Made by a program: the position numbers and the translations under genes
From: Gemmatimonas sp.
GTDB taxonomy: Bacteria > Gemmatimonadota > Gemmatimonadetes > Gemmatimonadales > Gemmatimonadaceae
Assembly: GCF_030833075.1 (NCBI RefSeq)
Contig: NZ_JAURHX010000002.1
DNA: 64,000 bases
Strand: one strand, 5' to 3'
The notes under the pieces: model-generated
What the model saw: only the letters and a program-made list of their open reading frames with translations
What the model was told of the DNA's origin: nothing
Databases searched by the model: none
Shown: positions 17,028 through 26,349 of the stretch, in pieces
How positions within the stretch are numbered: the first letter of the stretch is position 1
Layout of the letters: the number at the start of each line of letters is the position of its first letter

Positions 17028-19562
17028 GTGACGGTGGTTTCGGCAGGGGAATCACGGCTGCTGCCCAAGGCGGCCGCCGCCATTCGCACACAGATCCGAC
17101 TGCACGGTGGCAACGAAGTGTGCTTCGTGTGCACCGTGGACGAGCAGGGGCATGTGTCCACAGCGCGCAAGGTGGCCGCCGGCGATGTGACGAGCGTGCT
17201 CGCCCTGCCAGGTGTGGCCGATCGCGGCGAACTGCTGGTGCACAACCACCCGAGCGGTGAGCTCACGCCCAGCGACGCCGACATGGAAGTGGCGTACCGC
17301 CTGCACATGAACGGCGTGGGTTTCGCGATCGTGGACAACGAGGCCACGCGCATCTACTTCGTCACGGAAATCCCGCAGGGGCGCGAGCTCGTGCCGGTGA
17401 ACGCCGACGAGGTGGACGTGGCACTCGGCCCGTATGGGCTCGTTGCGCAGGCCATGCGGCAGGTGCACGGGGCGCGCAATTACGAGGACCGGCCCAGCCA
17501 GCGCGCGATGGCGGCCCAAGTGGTGAATGCCTTCAACGAAGGCGGCGTGGCGTTGCTCGAGGCCGGTACGGGCGTGGGCAAGTCGCTGGGGTACCTCGTA
17601 CCCGCGCTGCGGTGGGCCGCGGCCAACGGCGAACGCACCGTGGTGAGCACGGCCACGATCACGCTGCAGGAGCAGCTGGTGGCCAAGGACCTGCCGTTTC
17701 TGCAACGCGCGCTCACCGATCAGCCGGTGCGCTTCGCGCTGCTGAAGGGATGGCGCAACTATCTCTGCCTCTATCGTCTCGAACAGGCACAGGGTGCCGG
17801 CGCCGCGTTGTTCGAAGACAACGCCACCGAAGAGGTGGCCAAGATCGCTGAATGGGCGCAGCGCACGCAGGATGGGTCACTGAGTGATCTCGGCACCGCG
17901 CCGCGCGCCGACATCTGGGATGAGGTGGCCGCGGAGCCCGATCTGTGCGGGCGGCTCAAGTGCGCCTTCTACAACCAGTGTTTCCTGTTCAAGGCACGCA
18001 AGGAAGCGGCCAACGCCGACATCGTGGTGGTGAACCACCACCTGCTGCTGTCCGATGTGGCCGTTCGTCGGCAGGCCCAGAACTGGGACGACGCGGCCGT
18101 GCTGCCGGCCTACAAGCGGCTCGTCATCGACGAGGGGCACCATCTCGAGGAGGCCGCCGCCTCGCACCTCGGTAGCTCGATCACGCGACGTGCCCTCGCG
18201 CGCATGTTCAACCGGCTCGAGCGGCGCGGCAAGGGTTTGTTGCCGGCCCTCGCCGCGCGTCTGGCGGGCTCGAAGGATCTGCTCAGCGTGGCGAGTTTCG
18301 ATCTCGTGAAGGAACGGCTGTTCTCGAGTACCCTCACCGCGCGCGATCGCGTGCAGCTGCTGTTCGAGTTGCTGGCCAGCGTGTTGGAGATGCAGGGCAC
18401 GCCCATTATGCGGCTCACCGGGGAATTCCAGCAGCACGATCTGTGGCGCAACGGCATCGAGAGCACGCTCAAGGAACTGCTCACCGAAATCGACGCGCTG
18501 GGCACGGGCCTCAAGGTGGTACGCGACCGTCTCGAGAGCGATCAGAAGAAGTCGGAGGAGCTGGCGCCGCTGCTCAACGAAGTGCGCTCCGTGATGCGGC
18601 GGCTGCAGAGTGCAGGCGACGCGCTCATGAAGGGGCTCATGCCACCGGCCGATGGCCCCGAGGTGGTGCGCTGGATGGAGTTCCAGGGCAAGCCCACGCC
18701 CAACGAACGCAACGTGGCCGTACACTGCGTGCCACTCGATCTCGCGCCGGTGCTGCGCGAGGATCTCTTCGAGCGCGTGGACACCGCGGTCGTCACGAGC
18801 GCCACGCTCGCCACGCATGGCGGCTTCGAATTCCTCGAGCAGCGGTTGGGGATCGCCGAGGCGCGCCGCAGCAAGCGGACGGCCATGTTCCCGTCACCGT
18901 TCGACTATCCGCGGCAGGCACTGCTCGTGGTGCCGAACGACCTGCCCGCGCCCAACGAGAATCCGCGCGAGCATTTTTCGGCCACGTGCCGGCATCTGCG
19001 CGATCTCATGACGGCGAGCGACGGGGGCATTTTCGCGCTCTACACCAGTCATCGCGACGTACGCGAGACCGCCGAATGGCTGCGTGGGGCGGGGAAGGGG
19101 GGCGGCTGGCCGCTGCTCGTGCACGGCGAAGAACCGCGCGACGTGCTGCTGCAGCGCTTCCGGGACAGCGGGCGCGCAGTGCTGCTGGGCACCGCCACCT
19201 TCTGGGAAGGGGTGGACGTGCCGGGCGATGCGCTGCGTGGGTTGCTCATCGCGAAGTTGCCATTCCGGGTGCCAACTGAACCCATGGTGGCCGCGCAGTG
19301 CGAAGCGATCGAGGCGCGCGGCGGCAACAGCTTCGGTGAGTTCATGCTGCCGCACGCCTCCCTGCGGCTCAAGCAGGGATTCGGCCGCCTCATCCGCACC
19401 GGTACCGATGCCGGCGTGGTGGTGTTGAGCGATCCGCGGCTGCTCACCAAGCGCTACGGCCGGGAACTCCTCGATGCACTCCCGCCGGCGAAACGACTCG
19501 TCGGCGCATGGGGGGACGTGCGCGGTGAAGTGTCGCGTTTTTTTCGACAGCGAAAGGCATAG
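17028..19562 (+). CDS. DinG/YoaA-family Fe-S helicase with N-terminal JAB/MPN (RadC-like) domain
   Basis: JAB motif 'GNEVCF...HNHPSG.LTPSDAD'. Q motif 'RPSQ', Walker A 'EAGTGVGKS', Fe-S Cys 'NYLC...CGRLKC..YNQC', 'IDEGH', 'TSATL', 'FWEGVDVPG', 'KQGFGRLIR'. Confidence 0.9.
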   Translation: MTVVSAGESRLLPKAAAAIRTQIRLHGGNEVCFVCTVDEQGHVSTARKVAAGDVTSVLALPGVADRGELLVHNHPSGELTPSDADMEVAYRLHMNGVGFAIVDNEATRIYFVTEIPQGRELVPVNADEVDVALGPYGLVAQAMRQVHGARNYEDRPSQRAMAAQVVNAFNEGGVALLEAGTGVGKSLGYLVPALRWAAANGERTVVSTATITLQEQLVAKDLPFLQRALTDQPVRFALLKGWRNYLCLYRLEQAQGAGAALFEDNATEEVAKIAEWAQRTQDGSLSDLGTAPRADIWDEVAAEPDLCGRLKCAFYNQCFLFKARKEAANADIVVVNHHLLLSDVAVRRQAQNWDDAAVLPAYKRLVIDEGHHLEEAAASHLGSSITRRALARMFNRLERRGKGLLPALAARLAGSKDLLSVASFDLVKERLFSSTLTARDRVQLLFELLASVLEMQGTPIMRLTGEFQQHDLWRNGIESTLKELLTEIDALGTGLKVVRDRLESDQKKSEELAPLLNEVRSVMRRLQSAGDALMKGLMPPADGPEVVRWMEFQGKPTPNERNVAVHCVPLDLAPVLREDLFERVDTAVVTSATLATHGGFEFLEQRLGIAEARRSKRTAMFPSPFDYPRQALLVVPNDLPAPNENPREHFSATCRHLRDLMTASDGGIFALYTSHRDVRETAEWLRGAGKGGGWPLLVHGEEPRDVLLQRFRDSGRAVLLGTATFWEGVDVPGDALRGLLIAKLPFRVPTEPMVAAQCEAIEARGGNSFGEFMLPHASLRLKQGFGRLIRTGTDAGVVVLSDPRLLTKRYGRELLDALPPAKRLVGAWGDVRGEVSRFFRQRKA

Positions 19563-19645
19563 CGGGTACGCGCGTTTCAGTGCCAATTACGGGGCCGGTA
19601 CCAGCGGTTCCACCACCCTCACCACGGTCATCCCCAACCACCATC

Positions 19646-20263
19646 ATGCAGCTCCCCTCCAAGATCGTCTGCGTCGGCCGCAATTACGCCTTGCACGCCA
19701 AGGAAATGGGCAATGACGTCCCCAAGGAGCCGTTGCTCTTCCTCAAGCCCTCGTCGTCCATCATCCGCGAGGGTGAGGCCATCGTCCTGCATCCGGTCTC
19801 CACCCACATCGAGTACGAGGGCGAGATCGCGGTGATCGTCGGTTCGCGGCTTAGCAAGGCGGCGAGTGAGGCGGAGGCGGTGAAGGCCATCGGCGGCATC
19901 GTGGCGCTCAACGACGTGACCGCGCGTGACCTGCAGAAGAACGATGGGCAGTGGGCGCGGGCGAAAGGGCTCGATACCTTCTGCCCCATCGGCATTCCCG
20001 TGGCACCGCCGGCCGATCTGGACAGCATCGAACTGGTGACGCGGCTCAACGGGCAGGAGGTGCAGCGCGCGAAGGGCGGTGACATGGTGTTCAAGATCCC
20101 CTTCCTTTTGCACTACATCTCGCAGTACCTCACGCTCGAACCCGGTGACATCGTGGCCACCGGCACGCCGCACGGCGTGGGGCGTCTGTCGCCGGGCGAC
20201 GTGGTGGAAGTGGAACTGGTTGGGCTGAGCCGGGTGTCCAATCCGGTAGCCGCCGCCGGCTGA
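19646..20263 (+). CDS. Fumarylacetoacetate hydrolase family protein
   Basis: 'KIVCVGRNY..H..E', 'FLKPSS', 'EYEGE', 'NDVTARD', 'AKG.DTFCP', 'GDIVATGTP.GVG'. Confidence 0.92.
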   Translation: MQLPSKIVCVGRNYALHAKEMGNDVPKEPLLFLKPSSSIIREGEAIVLHPVSTHIEYEGEIAVIVGSRLSKAASEAEAVKAIGGIVALNDVTARDLQKNDGQWARAKGLDTFCPIGIPVAPPADLDSIELVTRLNGQEVQRAKGGDMVFKIPFLLHYISQYLTLEPGDIVATGTPHGVGRLSPGDVVEVELVGLSRVSNPVAAAG

Positions 20264-20307
20264 CCCCCGGCGGCCCTCCCGCGCCACAATCCGAGTATCT
20301 TACCCGT

Positions 20308-21369
20308 ATGCGCCGCACCGCCCCCCCGACGCCGCCATCAGACGGCCGTCCGTCCAGCCCGACAGGGCAGGACGACGGGGGGCTGCCCGGCGCGCGTCGC
20401 CGACCGGCGCGCGGCCTGTTGGGGCAGAAGCTCTCCGGGCTGCCGTCCGGCGAGAAACGGTCGCCGCGGGCGCTGGCCATTGCCGTGGGGTTGCACGTGC
20501 TCGTAGGCGGCGTGCTCATCCAGGCGCTCACGTTCGGGCACGGCATCCCCGACTGGCTGGACTTCGGTGACGGTCGGGGCGCCACCCAGGAGCGGCTCAC
20601 GTTTGTGACGCCCGTGACGCCGAACACGCCAGAGCAGCCCGCGGCCGTGCAGCGCTCGCGCGTTCCGGCACCCACGCCCGTCGCCCCGCAGCCACAGCTG
20701 GCGCCTGCCAGCGGACCGGTGACTGCGACGCCGTCGGCGGCACCGGCCCCGCGCGACACGGGGAGCGGCGCACCGGCCAACGGCATCGGTGCGATCGACC
20801 CCAACCTGCGTGGGGTGCGGCCGGGGTACAACGACGAGCGCGTGTGGCGCGGACCGGTGGGTGGCGGCGGCGGGGCCGGAGGCAGTGGCCTTGCCAACGG
20901 TGACCGAGCCGACAAGCTCGACAGCATCATGGCGGGCATGCTGACCGCGGCGCGCGATTCGCTCGATTCGCTCAACCGCGCGTACGGCCGCGGGCAGTAC
21001 GGCCGCCAGGGCGGTGACTGGACCAAAACCGACAAGAACGGCAACAAGTGGGGCTGGGATCAGCAGGGCATCCGGCTGGGCAAGGTGATGATCCCGAATG
21101 CCCTCCTCGCCTTGCTGCCGCTCAATGCGGCGACGGCGGCGGGCATGTCGGCCAACCCGTCGGGGATGGCCAATGCCGCGCGTATCAACGCCGGTCGGGC
21201 GGACATCATGCGCATGAGCGAGCGCAGCATGGGCGAAGCCGAGTTCAAGCGCATCGTGAAGGAGATGGACAAGCGCCGCGACGCCGAGCGTCGCGAGCGG
21301 TTGCGCGCGCCAAGTGCCACCCTCGCAGCACCCCTCAAGGCGGACCCGAAGCCCGGCGACAAGCAGTAG
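20308..21369 (+). CDS. Hypothetical single-TM protein with Pro/Ala-rich periplasmic linker (TonB-like N-terminal half)
   Basis: TM 'ALAIAVGLHVLVGGVLI', a Pro-rich stretch, and a conserved-looking 'DWT...NGNKWGWD..GIRLG' segment. Confidence 0.6.
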   Translation: MRRTAPPTPPSDGRPSSPTGQDDGGLPGARRRPARGLLGQKLSGLPSGEKRSPRALAIAVGLHVLVGGVLIQALTFGHGIPDWLDFGDGRGATQERLTFVTPVTPNTPEQPAAVQRSRVPAPTPVAPQPQLAPASGPVTATPSAAPAPRDTGSGAPANGIGAIDPNLRGVRPGYNDERVWRGPVGGGGGAGGSGLANGDRADKLDSIMAGMLTAARDSLDSLNRAYGRGQYGRQGGDWTKTDKNGNKWGWDQQGIRLGKVMIPNALLALLPLNAATAAGMSANPSGMANAARINAGRADIMRMSERSMGEAEFKRIVKEMDKRRDAERRERLRAPSATLAAPLKADPKPGDKQ

Positions 21370-21386
21370 CCGCCGGGGCTACCCGA

Positions 21387-22850
21387 TCACGTCGACTGCC
21401 GCAGATACGCGACGGCCTCGGCGATGCGCGCCAGCGAGCGGTCGCGCCCCACGTACCTCAGTACATCGAAGATGCCCGGGCTCACGGTGAGACCCGTGAG
21501 CGCCACGCGCAGCGGCTGGAAGATCTTCCCACCGGAAATCCCGCGCTCCTCGGCGAGCTTGCGCAGCCCTTCCTCCATGGCGGCCGGCTCCCACGCCTCC
21601 AGGCTCGCCAGTCGCTCGCGTGTCGCGTCGAGGATGTCCGACGTCGCCGCCGCATCACGCCACTGCTTGCTCACCGCCTCCGGGTCGTATTCCACCGATT
21701 CCACGAAGAACGGCTTGGCTTGTTGCACGATCTCGTCGGTAAGACGGGCGCGGATGCGCAGCAGTTCGAGCACACCGCAGAACCACTCGTGACGCGCCTC
21801 CAGGTCGGCCACGGTGCTCAGACCGGCGCGCTCGACGAGCGGGGCCATGATCGCTGCCAGCTCGGCGACGGGGATCTGCGCGAGATGCTGCCCGTTCATC
21901 CACTCGAGCTTCTTCGTGTCGAACACGGCGGCCTTCGCGTGCAGGCCGTGCACGCTGAAGCGCTCGATGAGCTGCGGCACCGTCATCACTTCCGTGTCGT
22001 CGCCCGGCGACCAGCCGAGGAGTGCGAGAAAGTTGAGCATCGCCTGCGGCAGCAATCCCTGGTGCTGATAATCGCCCACGGCCGTGGCGCCATGTCGCTT
22101 CGACAGCTTCTTGCCATCGGTGCCGTGAATCATCGGCACATGGCCGAACTGCGGCACGTCGGCGCCCAGCGCGCGATAGAGCAGGATCTGCTTTGGAGTG
22201 TTGGAGATGTGGTCGTCGCCACGCATCACGAGCGTGATACCCATGGCAATGTCGTCCGACACCACGGCCATGTTGTACACGGGCGTGCCGTCGGACCGGA
22301 GGATGATGAAATCCTCGATGTCCTTGTTGGGGAACGCGATGCGGCCATGCACGAGGTCGGGCCATTCCGTAGTGCCCTCCGGTACGCGGAAGCGGATGGC
22401 GTACGGCTCGTGGTTGGCGAGCCTCTGCGCGAGCTCGGCATCGCTCAGGTCAGCGAGGCTGCGATCGAACTTGAACGCATCACCGCGCGCTTCCGCCTCG
22501 GCGCGCAGGCGCTCGAGCTCTGCCTGCGGCGTGAAATCGCGATATGCGGCGCCGCTCTCGAGGAGACGGTGGGCGTCGGCGTAGTGGCGCGCGACATTGG
22601 CGCCCTGATACACCACCTCTTCGTCCCACGTAAGCCCCAACCACTCCATCCCCTCGAAGATGGCGCGGGTGCTTTCGTCGGTACTGCGCTGACGGTCGGT
22701 GTCCTCGATACGCAGCAGGAACTCACCGTCGTACTTCTTGGCGTAGAGCCAGTTGAAGAGCGCGGTACGCGCTCCACCCACATGCAGGAAGCCGGTGGGC
22801 GAAGGAGCGAATCGCACGCGCGGGCGCTTGGCGGAAGACACAGCCGTCAT
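21387..22850 (-). CDS. gltX: Glutamate--tRNA ligase
   Basis: 'RFAPSPTGFLHVGGARTA', 'LRIEDTD', 'RGDDH', 'KKLSKRHG', and an anticodon-binding domain 'PLRVALTG'. Confidence 0.97.
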   Translation of the reverse strand: MTAVSSAKRPRVRFAPSPTGFLHVGGARTALFNWLYAKKYDGEFLLRIEDTDRQRSTDESTRAIFEGMEWLGLTWDEEVVYQGANVARHYADAHRLLESGAAYRDFTPQAELERLRAEAEARGDAFKFDRSLADLSDAELAQRLANHEPYAIRFRVPEGTTEWPDLVHGRIAFPNKDIEDFIILRSDGTPVYNMAVVSDDIAMGITLVMRGDDHISNTPKQILLYRALGADVPQFGHVPMIHGTDGKKLSKRHGATAVGDYQHQGLLPQAMLNFLALLGWSPGDDTEVMTVPQLIERFSVHGLHAKAAVFDTKKLEWMNGQHLAQIPVAELAAIMAPLVERAGLSTVADLEARHEWFCGVLELLRIRARLTDEIVQQAKPFFVESVEYDPEAVSKQWRDAAATSDILDATRERLASLEAWEPAAMEEGLRKLAEERGISGGKIFQPLRVALTGLTVSPGIFDVLRYVGRDRSLARIAEAVAYLRQST

Positions 22851-22897
22851 GGAAGCCACTGACCGTAGAGGGTCGGAACTCGACGAAAATTCGGGAC

Positions 22898-22937
22898 AAA
22901 AAAAGCGCGGGTCCGCCGAAAAGCCGGCGGACCCGCG
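22898..22937 (-). terminator. Rho-independent terminator after tRNA-Ser(GCT)
   Basis: 13-bp stem cgcgggtccgccg/cggcggacccgcg followed on the minus strand by T7. Confidence 0.85.
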
Positions 22938-22940
22938 GCA

Positions 22941-23030
22941 CGGAGAGAGCGGGATTCGAACCCGCGATAGGGGTTGACCCCCTATGCCGGTTTAGCAAAC
23001 CGGTGCCTTCAGCCTCTCGGCCATCTCTCC
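22941..23030 (-). tRNA. tRNA-Ser (GCT), CCA not encoded
   Basis: Reverse complement reads GGAGAGA...CCGGT TTGCTAA ACCGG, long variable arm, GGTTCGAATCC...TCTCTCC G. Confidence 0.95.
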
Positions 23031-23119
23031 TGACCTGCTGGAACACGTTCAACCCGTTGCAGCGCAACGCATTGCGCATTCCGTGCCGCCTCGGCTCTGA
23101 GGAACCACGACGGAGCGGA

Positions 23120-23149
23120 AATGTAGTCGGGGGCGCATCGGGGAGGCAA
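23120..23149 (-). promoter_or_regulatory. Putative sigma70 promoter for tRNA-Ser(GCT)
   Basis: TTGCCT-N18-TACATT on the minus strand, about 90 nt upstream of the tRNA. Confidence 0.5.
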
Positions 23150-23181
23150 TGGCGGTGAGCGGGGAATTCGACAGGCCACGA

Positions 23182-24276
23182 TCAGAATTCCACGCGCCAC
23201 AATTTTCCGTTGGCGCCACCGATCCACACCGACCGGCCGCTGGCGGACACGCCGGTGGTCACGTCGGTGGTGATGATCTGCCAGCTTCGTCCCTCGTCGA
23301 GCGTGTAGAACGCGCCACCGAAGCCCACGGCAACCGCGACGCCGGGCCCGGCATCGGGGACCCAGGCGACGCCGGCGAGCGCCCCGGGACGCGGCGGGCG
23401 CGGCCGCATCGTCCACGTGCGTCCGCCGTCTGTGGTGATGCCCACCACGGCCTGCGCCGAGTCGGTGCGCAACCGGTTCATGTCGCCTGCTACGGCCATG
23501 CCGCGCTGGGGTGACGAGAAGGCCAGCCCGGACAATCCCGAGGCGATGCCGCGGGCGAATGGCGTGTTCTCCGCCATCCAGGTCCGCCCGCCATCCTTGC
23601 TGCGAAAAAGGCGCGAGCCGGGCGCCCCCGTGGCCACGAACACCGTGTTCACGTCGGCGTGCACGACGCACAGGCCACTCGCCGCGAAGGCCCCTTCGCC
23701 CGGCAGCGGCTCGGGCACGGCCGTTGGCGCGAGCAGGCGCCACGTCTCACCGGCATCATCCGTGCGCAGCAGGTTCGTGCGGCGCTGCGACGCGTCACCG
23801 TAGGCGATGCCCGTGGTGCTGTTGCCGAAGGACAGGCAGTCGTAGAACGCGGCGCTGTCGGTGTTGATGAACTGCAGCGTCCACGTCGCACCGCCGTTGG
23901 TCGTGCGATAGATACGCGACTTCGGGCCCTCACCGGTGGAGAGGATCCACGCCGTGTCGGCGTTCACCCCGTGCACGTCGCGGAACTCCAGGGAGTCTCC
24001 CACCGGTGTCTCGAGGCGCTCCCACATACGCCCACCGTCGCGCGAGCGCAGCACGTGCCCCTTGTGTCCCGACGCCCAGATCACGAGCGGATTCACTGCG
24101 TGCACCGCCTGAATGAGCGCGGAGGCCGGGCTTTCGAGCGGGGTGATGCGAGGAGCCGGCTGCCCGGTGGCGATGGCGGCGACGGGCTGCGCACCGGCAG
24201 AAACACCAATCGCCGCCGTGAGCACGGCGGCGATGGCGATGGACGCTCGCGAGGTGATACGCGTAACTGTGGTCAT
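23182..24276 (-). CDS. Exported BNR/Asp-box beta-propeller protein (Ycf48-like)
   Basis: Repeated Asp-boxes 'SRDGGRMW', 'TTNGGATW', 'SKDGGRTW', 'TTDGGRTW'. Also 'EGAFAASG' and a signal peptide. Confidence 0.85.
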   Translation of the reverse strand: MTTVTRITSRASIAIAAVLTAAIGVSAGAQPVAAIATGQPAPRITPLESPASALIQAVHAVNPLVIWASGHKGHVLRSRDGGRMWERLETPVGDSLEFRDVHGVNADTAWILSTGEGPKSRIYRTTNGGATWTLQFINTDSAAFYDCLSFGNSTTGIAYGDASQRRTNLLRTDDAGETWRLLAPTAVPEPLPGEGAFAASGLCVVHADVNTVFVATGAPGSRLFRSKDGGRTWMAENTPFARGIASGLSGLAFSSPQRGMAVAGDMNRLRTDSAQAVVGITTDGGRTWTMRPRPPRPGALAGVAWVPDAGPGVAVAVGFGGAFYTLDEGRSWQIITTDVTTGVSASGRSVWIGGANGKLWRVEF

Positions 24277-24278
24277 AG

Positions 24279-24365
24279 CGGGGAGAGTGGGATTCGAACC
24301 CACGGTACCGTTGCCGGTACGCCGGTTTTCAAGACCGGAGCCTTAAACCACTCGACCATCTCCCC
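24279..24365 (-). tRNA. tRNA-Ser (TGA), CCA not encoded
   Basis: Reverse complement reads GGGGAGA...CCGGT CTTGAAA ACCGG, long variable arm, GGTTCGAATCC...TCTCCCC G. Confidence 0.95.
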
Positions 24366-24447
24366 TGTCCGGGACGGGCCCGGCGCTGCACGGGAAAATA
24401 GCGGGACGCCGCCGCGGCGGCAGCGTCCCTACCGCAAATCCCCGTGC

Positions 24448-25407
24448 TCAGCGACCGGGCAACGGCGGCAACGCGTCGACGAACTTGATGATCTGCTCTC
24501 GCTGCGCCGGCGTGGGAATACGGCCGATGCCGCCGCCGATGTTGTCGATCATGTTCTTCGCCTGGCTCGTCGCCGGCGTGACTGCCGTGATGGCCGGATG
24601 CGACAGGCAGAACTTGAGGAAGAACTGTGCATACGTCGTGGCGTCGAACTCCTTCGCCCACTCGGGCAACGGGGTGTTGGCCGCGCGGCGGAAGAGGCTC
24701 GTCCGTCCGAACGGCGCATAGGCCAGCACGGCGATCTTCTTTTCCTGCGCGAGCGGGAGGATCACCTCTTCCACGTCGCGGTTGTCGGCCGCGTAGTCCA
24801 CGCCGATGAAGTCGAGCGGCTCGTTGCGCATCACGTCGATGAGCGACGCGTACTGGTTGGGGAACGTGGTGGTGATGCCCACATAGCGCACCTTGCCCGC
24901 CTGCTTGAAATCGCGCGCGATCTTCAACTGCGTCGGCGGGTCACCCATGTTGTGCACCTGCAGCAAATCGATTTTCGGCTGGGCGAAGCGCGCCAGGCTC
25001 GCCTCGATTTGGGCCCGCGCCGCAGCAGGGTCGGCCGAATTCCCGCCGCGCCCGGCGACGTTGACCTTGGTGGCCCAGAACAGCTTGCCGGCCACCCCCA
25101 ACTCGTTGACGATCCTGCCTGCCACTTCCTCGGAGGCACCATAGCCGGGTGCCGTGTCGAAGACGCGGGCGCCGCGCTCCACCATGACTTGAAACACGGC
25201 CTTCAGCGCTGCCACGTCTTCAGTGCGGGCCACGCTGGCAAAAGTGGCCGAACTGCCCAAGCCGATGACGGGGATCCGTTCGCCTGTGCTCGGAATGGCG
25301 CGCTGAATGAGCTGGCCTTGGGACAGGGCCGCGAGAATCCGGGGGCTCAGGGACAGCGTGGCCCCGGCGCCGGCAGCAGCGGTCAGAAAGTCGCGTCGGT
25401 TCATCAT
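24448..25407 (-). CDS. Aldo/keto reductase with Tat signal
   Basis: 'NRRDFL' twin-arginine signal, 'IGLGS', 'FDTAPGYG.SE', 'ATKV', 'DLLQVHN', 'GKVRYVGI'. Confidence 0.9.
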   Translation of the reverse strand: MMNRRDFLTAAAGAGATLSLSPRILAALSQGQLIQRAIPSTGERIPVIGLGSSATFASVARTEDVAALKAVFQVMVERGARVFDTAPGYGASEEVAGRIVNELGVAGKLFWATKVNVAGRGGNSADPAAARAQIEASLARFAQPKIDLLQVHNMGDPPTQLKIARDFKQAGKVRYVGITTTFPNQYASLIDVMRNEPLDFIGVDYAADNRDVEEVILPLAQEKKIAVLAYAPFGRTSLFRRAANTPLPEWAKEFDATTYAQFFLKFCLSHPAITAVTPATSQAKNMIDNIGGGIGRIPTPAQREQIIKFVDALPPLPGR

Positions 25408-25499
25408 CACCAAAATTTACGTGCGCGGGTATTATTCCGCAGAGCCCCGCCGGGGCTGCCAATGGGAACCGTCACACCGACTTCTTCGCCGGAGCCGTC

Positions 25500-26249
25500 A
25501 TGCGCACCAACAACCCCGTGCTCTCGAAGTTCGCCGAGACCGCACGCAACACCTTCGGACTCGTCGCACCGGGCGCCATGACCGTGGCCGGCACGGCGGG
25601 CAAGGCGCTCGTGCTCCTCGCCGTGGTCATCTTCTCGGCCACCATCACCTGGCAGCAGGTGGCCAACGGCCGCCTCGATCTCGTCGTGCCGGCCATGCTG
25701 GTCGGTGGGCTCGGCGGGTTCGTGTTTGCGATGGCCACCAGCTTCCGCCCCCGGTGGGCGCCCGTCACGGCGCCCATCTACGCGTCGCTGGAAGGCATCT
25801 TCCTCGGGGCGATCTCGGCGCTGTACAACGCCCGCTTCGCCGGACTGCCGCAGCAGGCCGTGTTGCTCACCTTCGGCGTGGCGGCTGGCGTGCTCGTGCT
25901 CTACCGCCTTCGGGTGCTGCGCGCGACGCCCATGTTCCAGCGGATGCTCTTCGGCGCGATGATGGGTATCGGCCTCTTCTATCTCGGCTCGTTCCTGCTG
26001 TCGCTGTTCGGTGTGCAGATCGGTTACTTCACGAGCAACAGCATGCTGGCCATCGGCATCAACGTGGTCATCGCCGGGGTCGCGGCGCTCAACCTCGTGC
26101 TCGACTTCGATCGCATCGAGGAGGGCAGCCGTATGGGCGCGCCCAAGGCCATGGAGTGGTTCGCCGCCTTCGGCCTCATGGTCACGCTGATCTGGTTGTA
26201 TCTCGAGCTCCTGCGCCTCCTGTCGCGTCTGCAGGGACGTCGCGACTGA
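25500..26249 (+). CDS. Bax inhibitor-1/YccA family membrane protein
   Basis: Seven TM segments, 'YA.LEG..LG.IS', 'LDFDRIE.G', 'EW..AFGL.VTL.WLYLE.LRLL'. Confidence 0.88.
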   Translation: MRTNNPVLSKFAETARNTFGLVAPGAMTVAGTAGKALVLLAVVIFSATITWQQVANGRLDLVVPAMLVGGLGGFVFAMATSFRPRWAPVTAPIYASLEGIFLGAISALYNARFAGLPQQAVLLTFGVAAGVLVLYRLRVLRATPMFQRMLFGAMMGIGLFYLGSFLLSLFGVQIGYFTSNSMLAIGINVVIAGVAALNLVLDFDRIEEGSRMGAPKAMEWFAAFGLMVTLIWLYLELLRLLSRLQGRRD

Positions 26250-26287
26250 GTGTCCGGCGCGTCGCCGGACTGCTTAGACCGCCGAAA

Positions 26288-26328
26288 ACACGAAGCGCCG
26301 CGGCCATGTCGGTCGCGGCGCTTCGTGT
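26288..26328. terminator. Long GC hairpin between convergent genes (possible bidirectional terminator)
   Basis: acacgaagcgccgcggcc-atgtc-ggtcgcggcgcttcgtgt, an 18-bp stem including one G-U pair. Confidence 0.65.
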
Positions 26329-26349
26329 GTGTTGCCGGACGATCGGCGA

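Noticed and set aside
22941-24365. Gene flanked by two tRNA-Ser genes as a possible integrated island
   Set aside because: No integrase and no duplicated tRNA 3' fragment. Both tRNAs are complete with different anticodons, and composition looks like the rest of the window.
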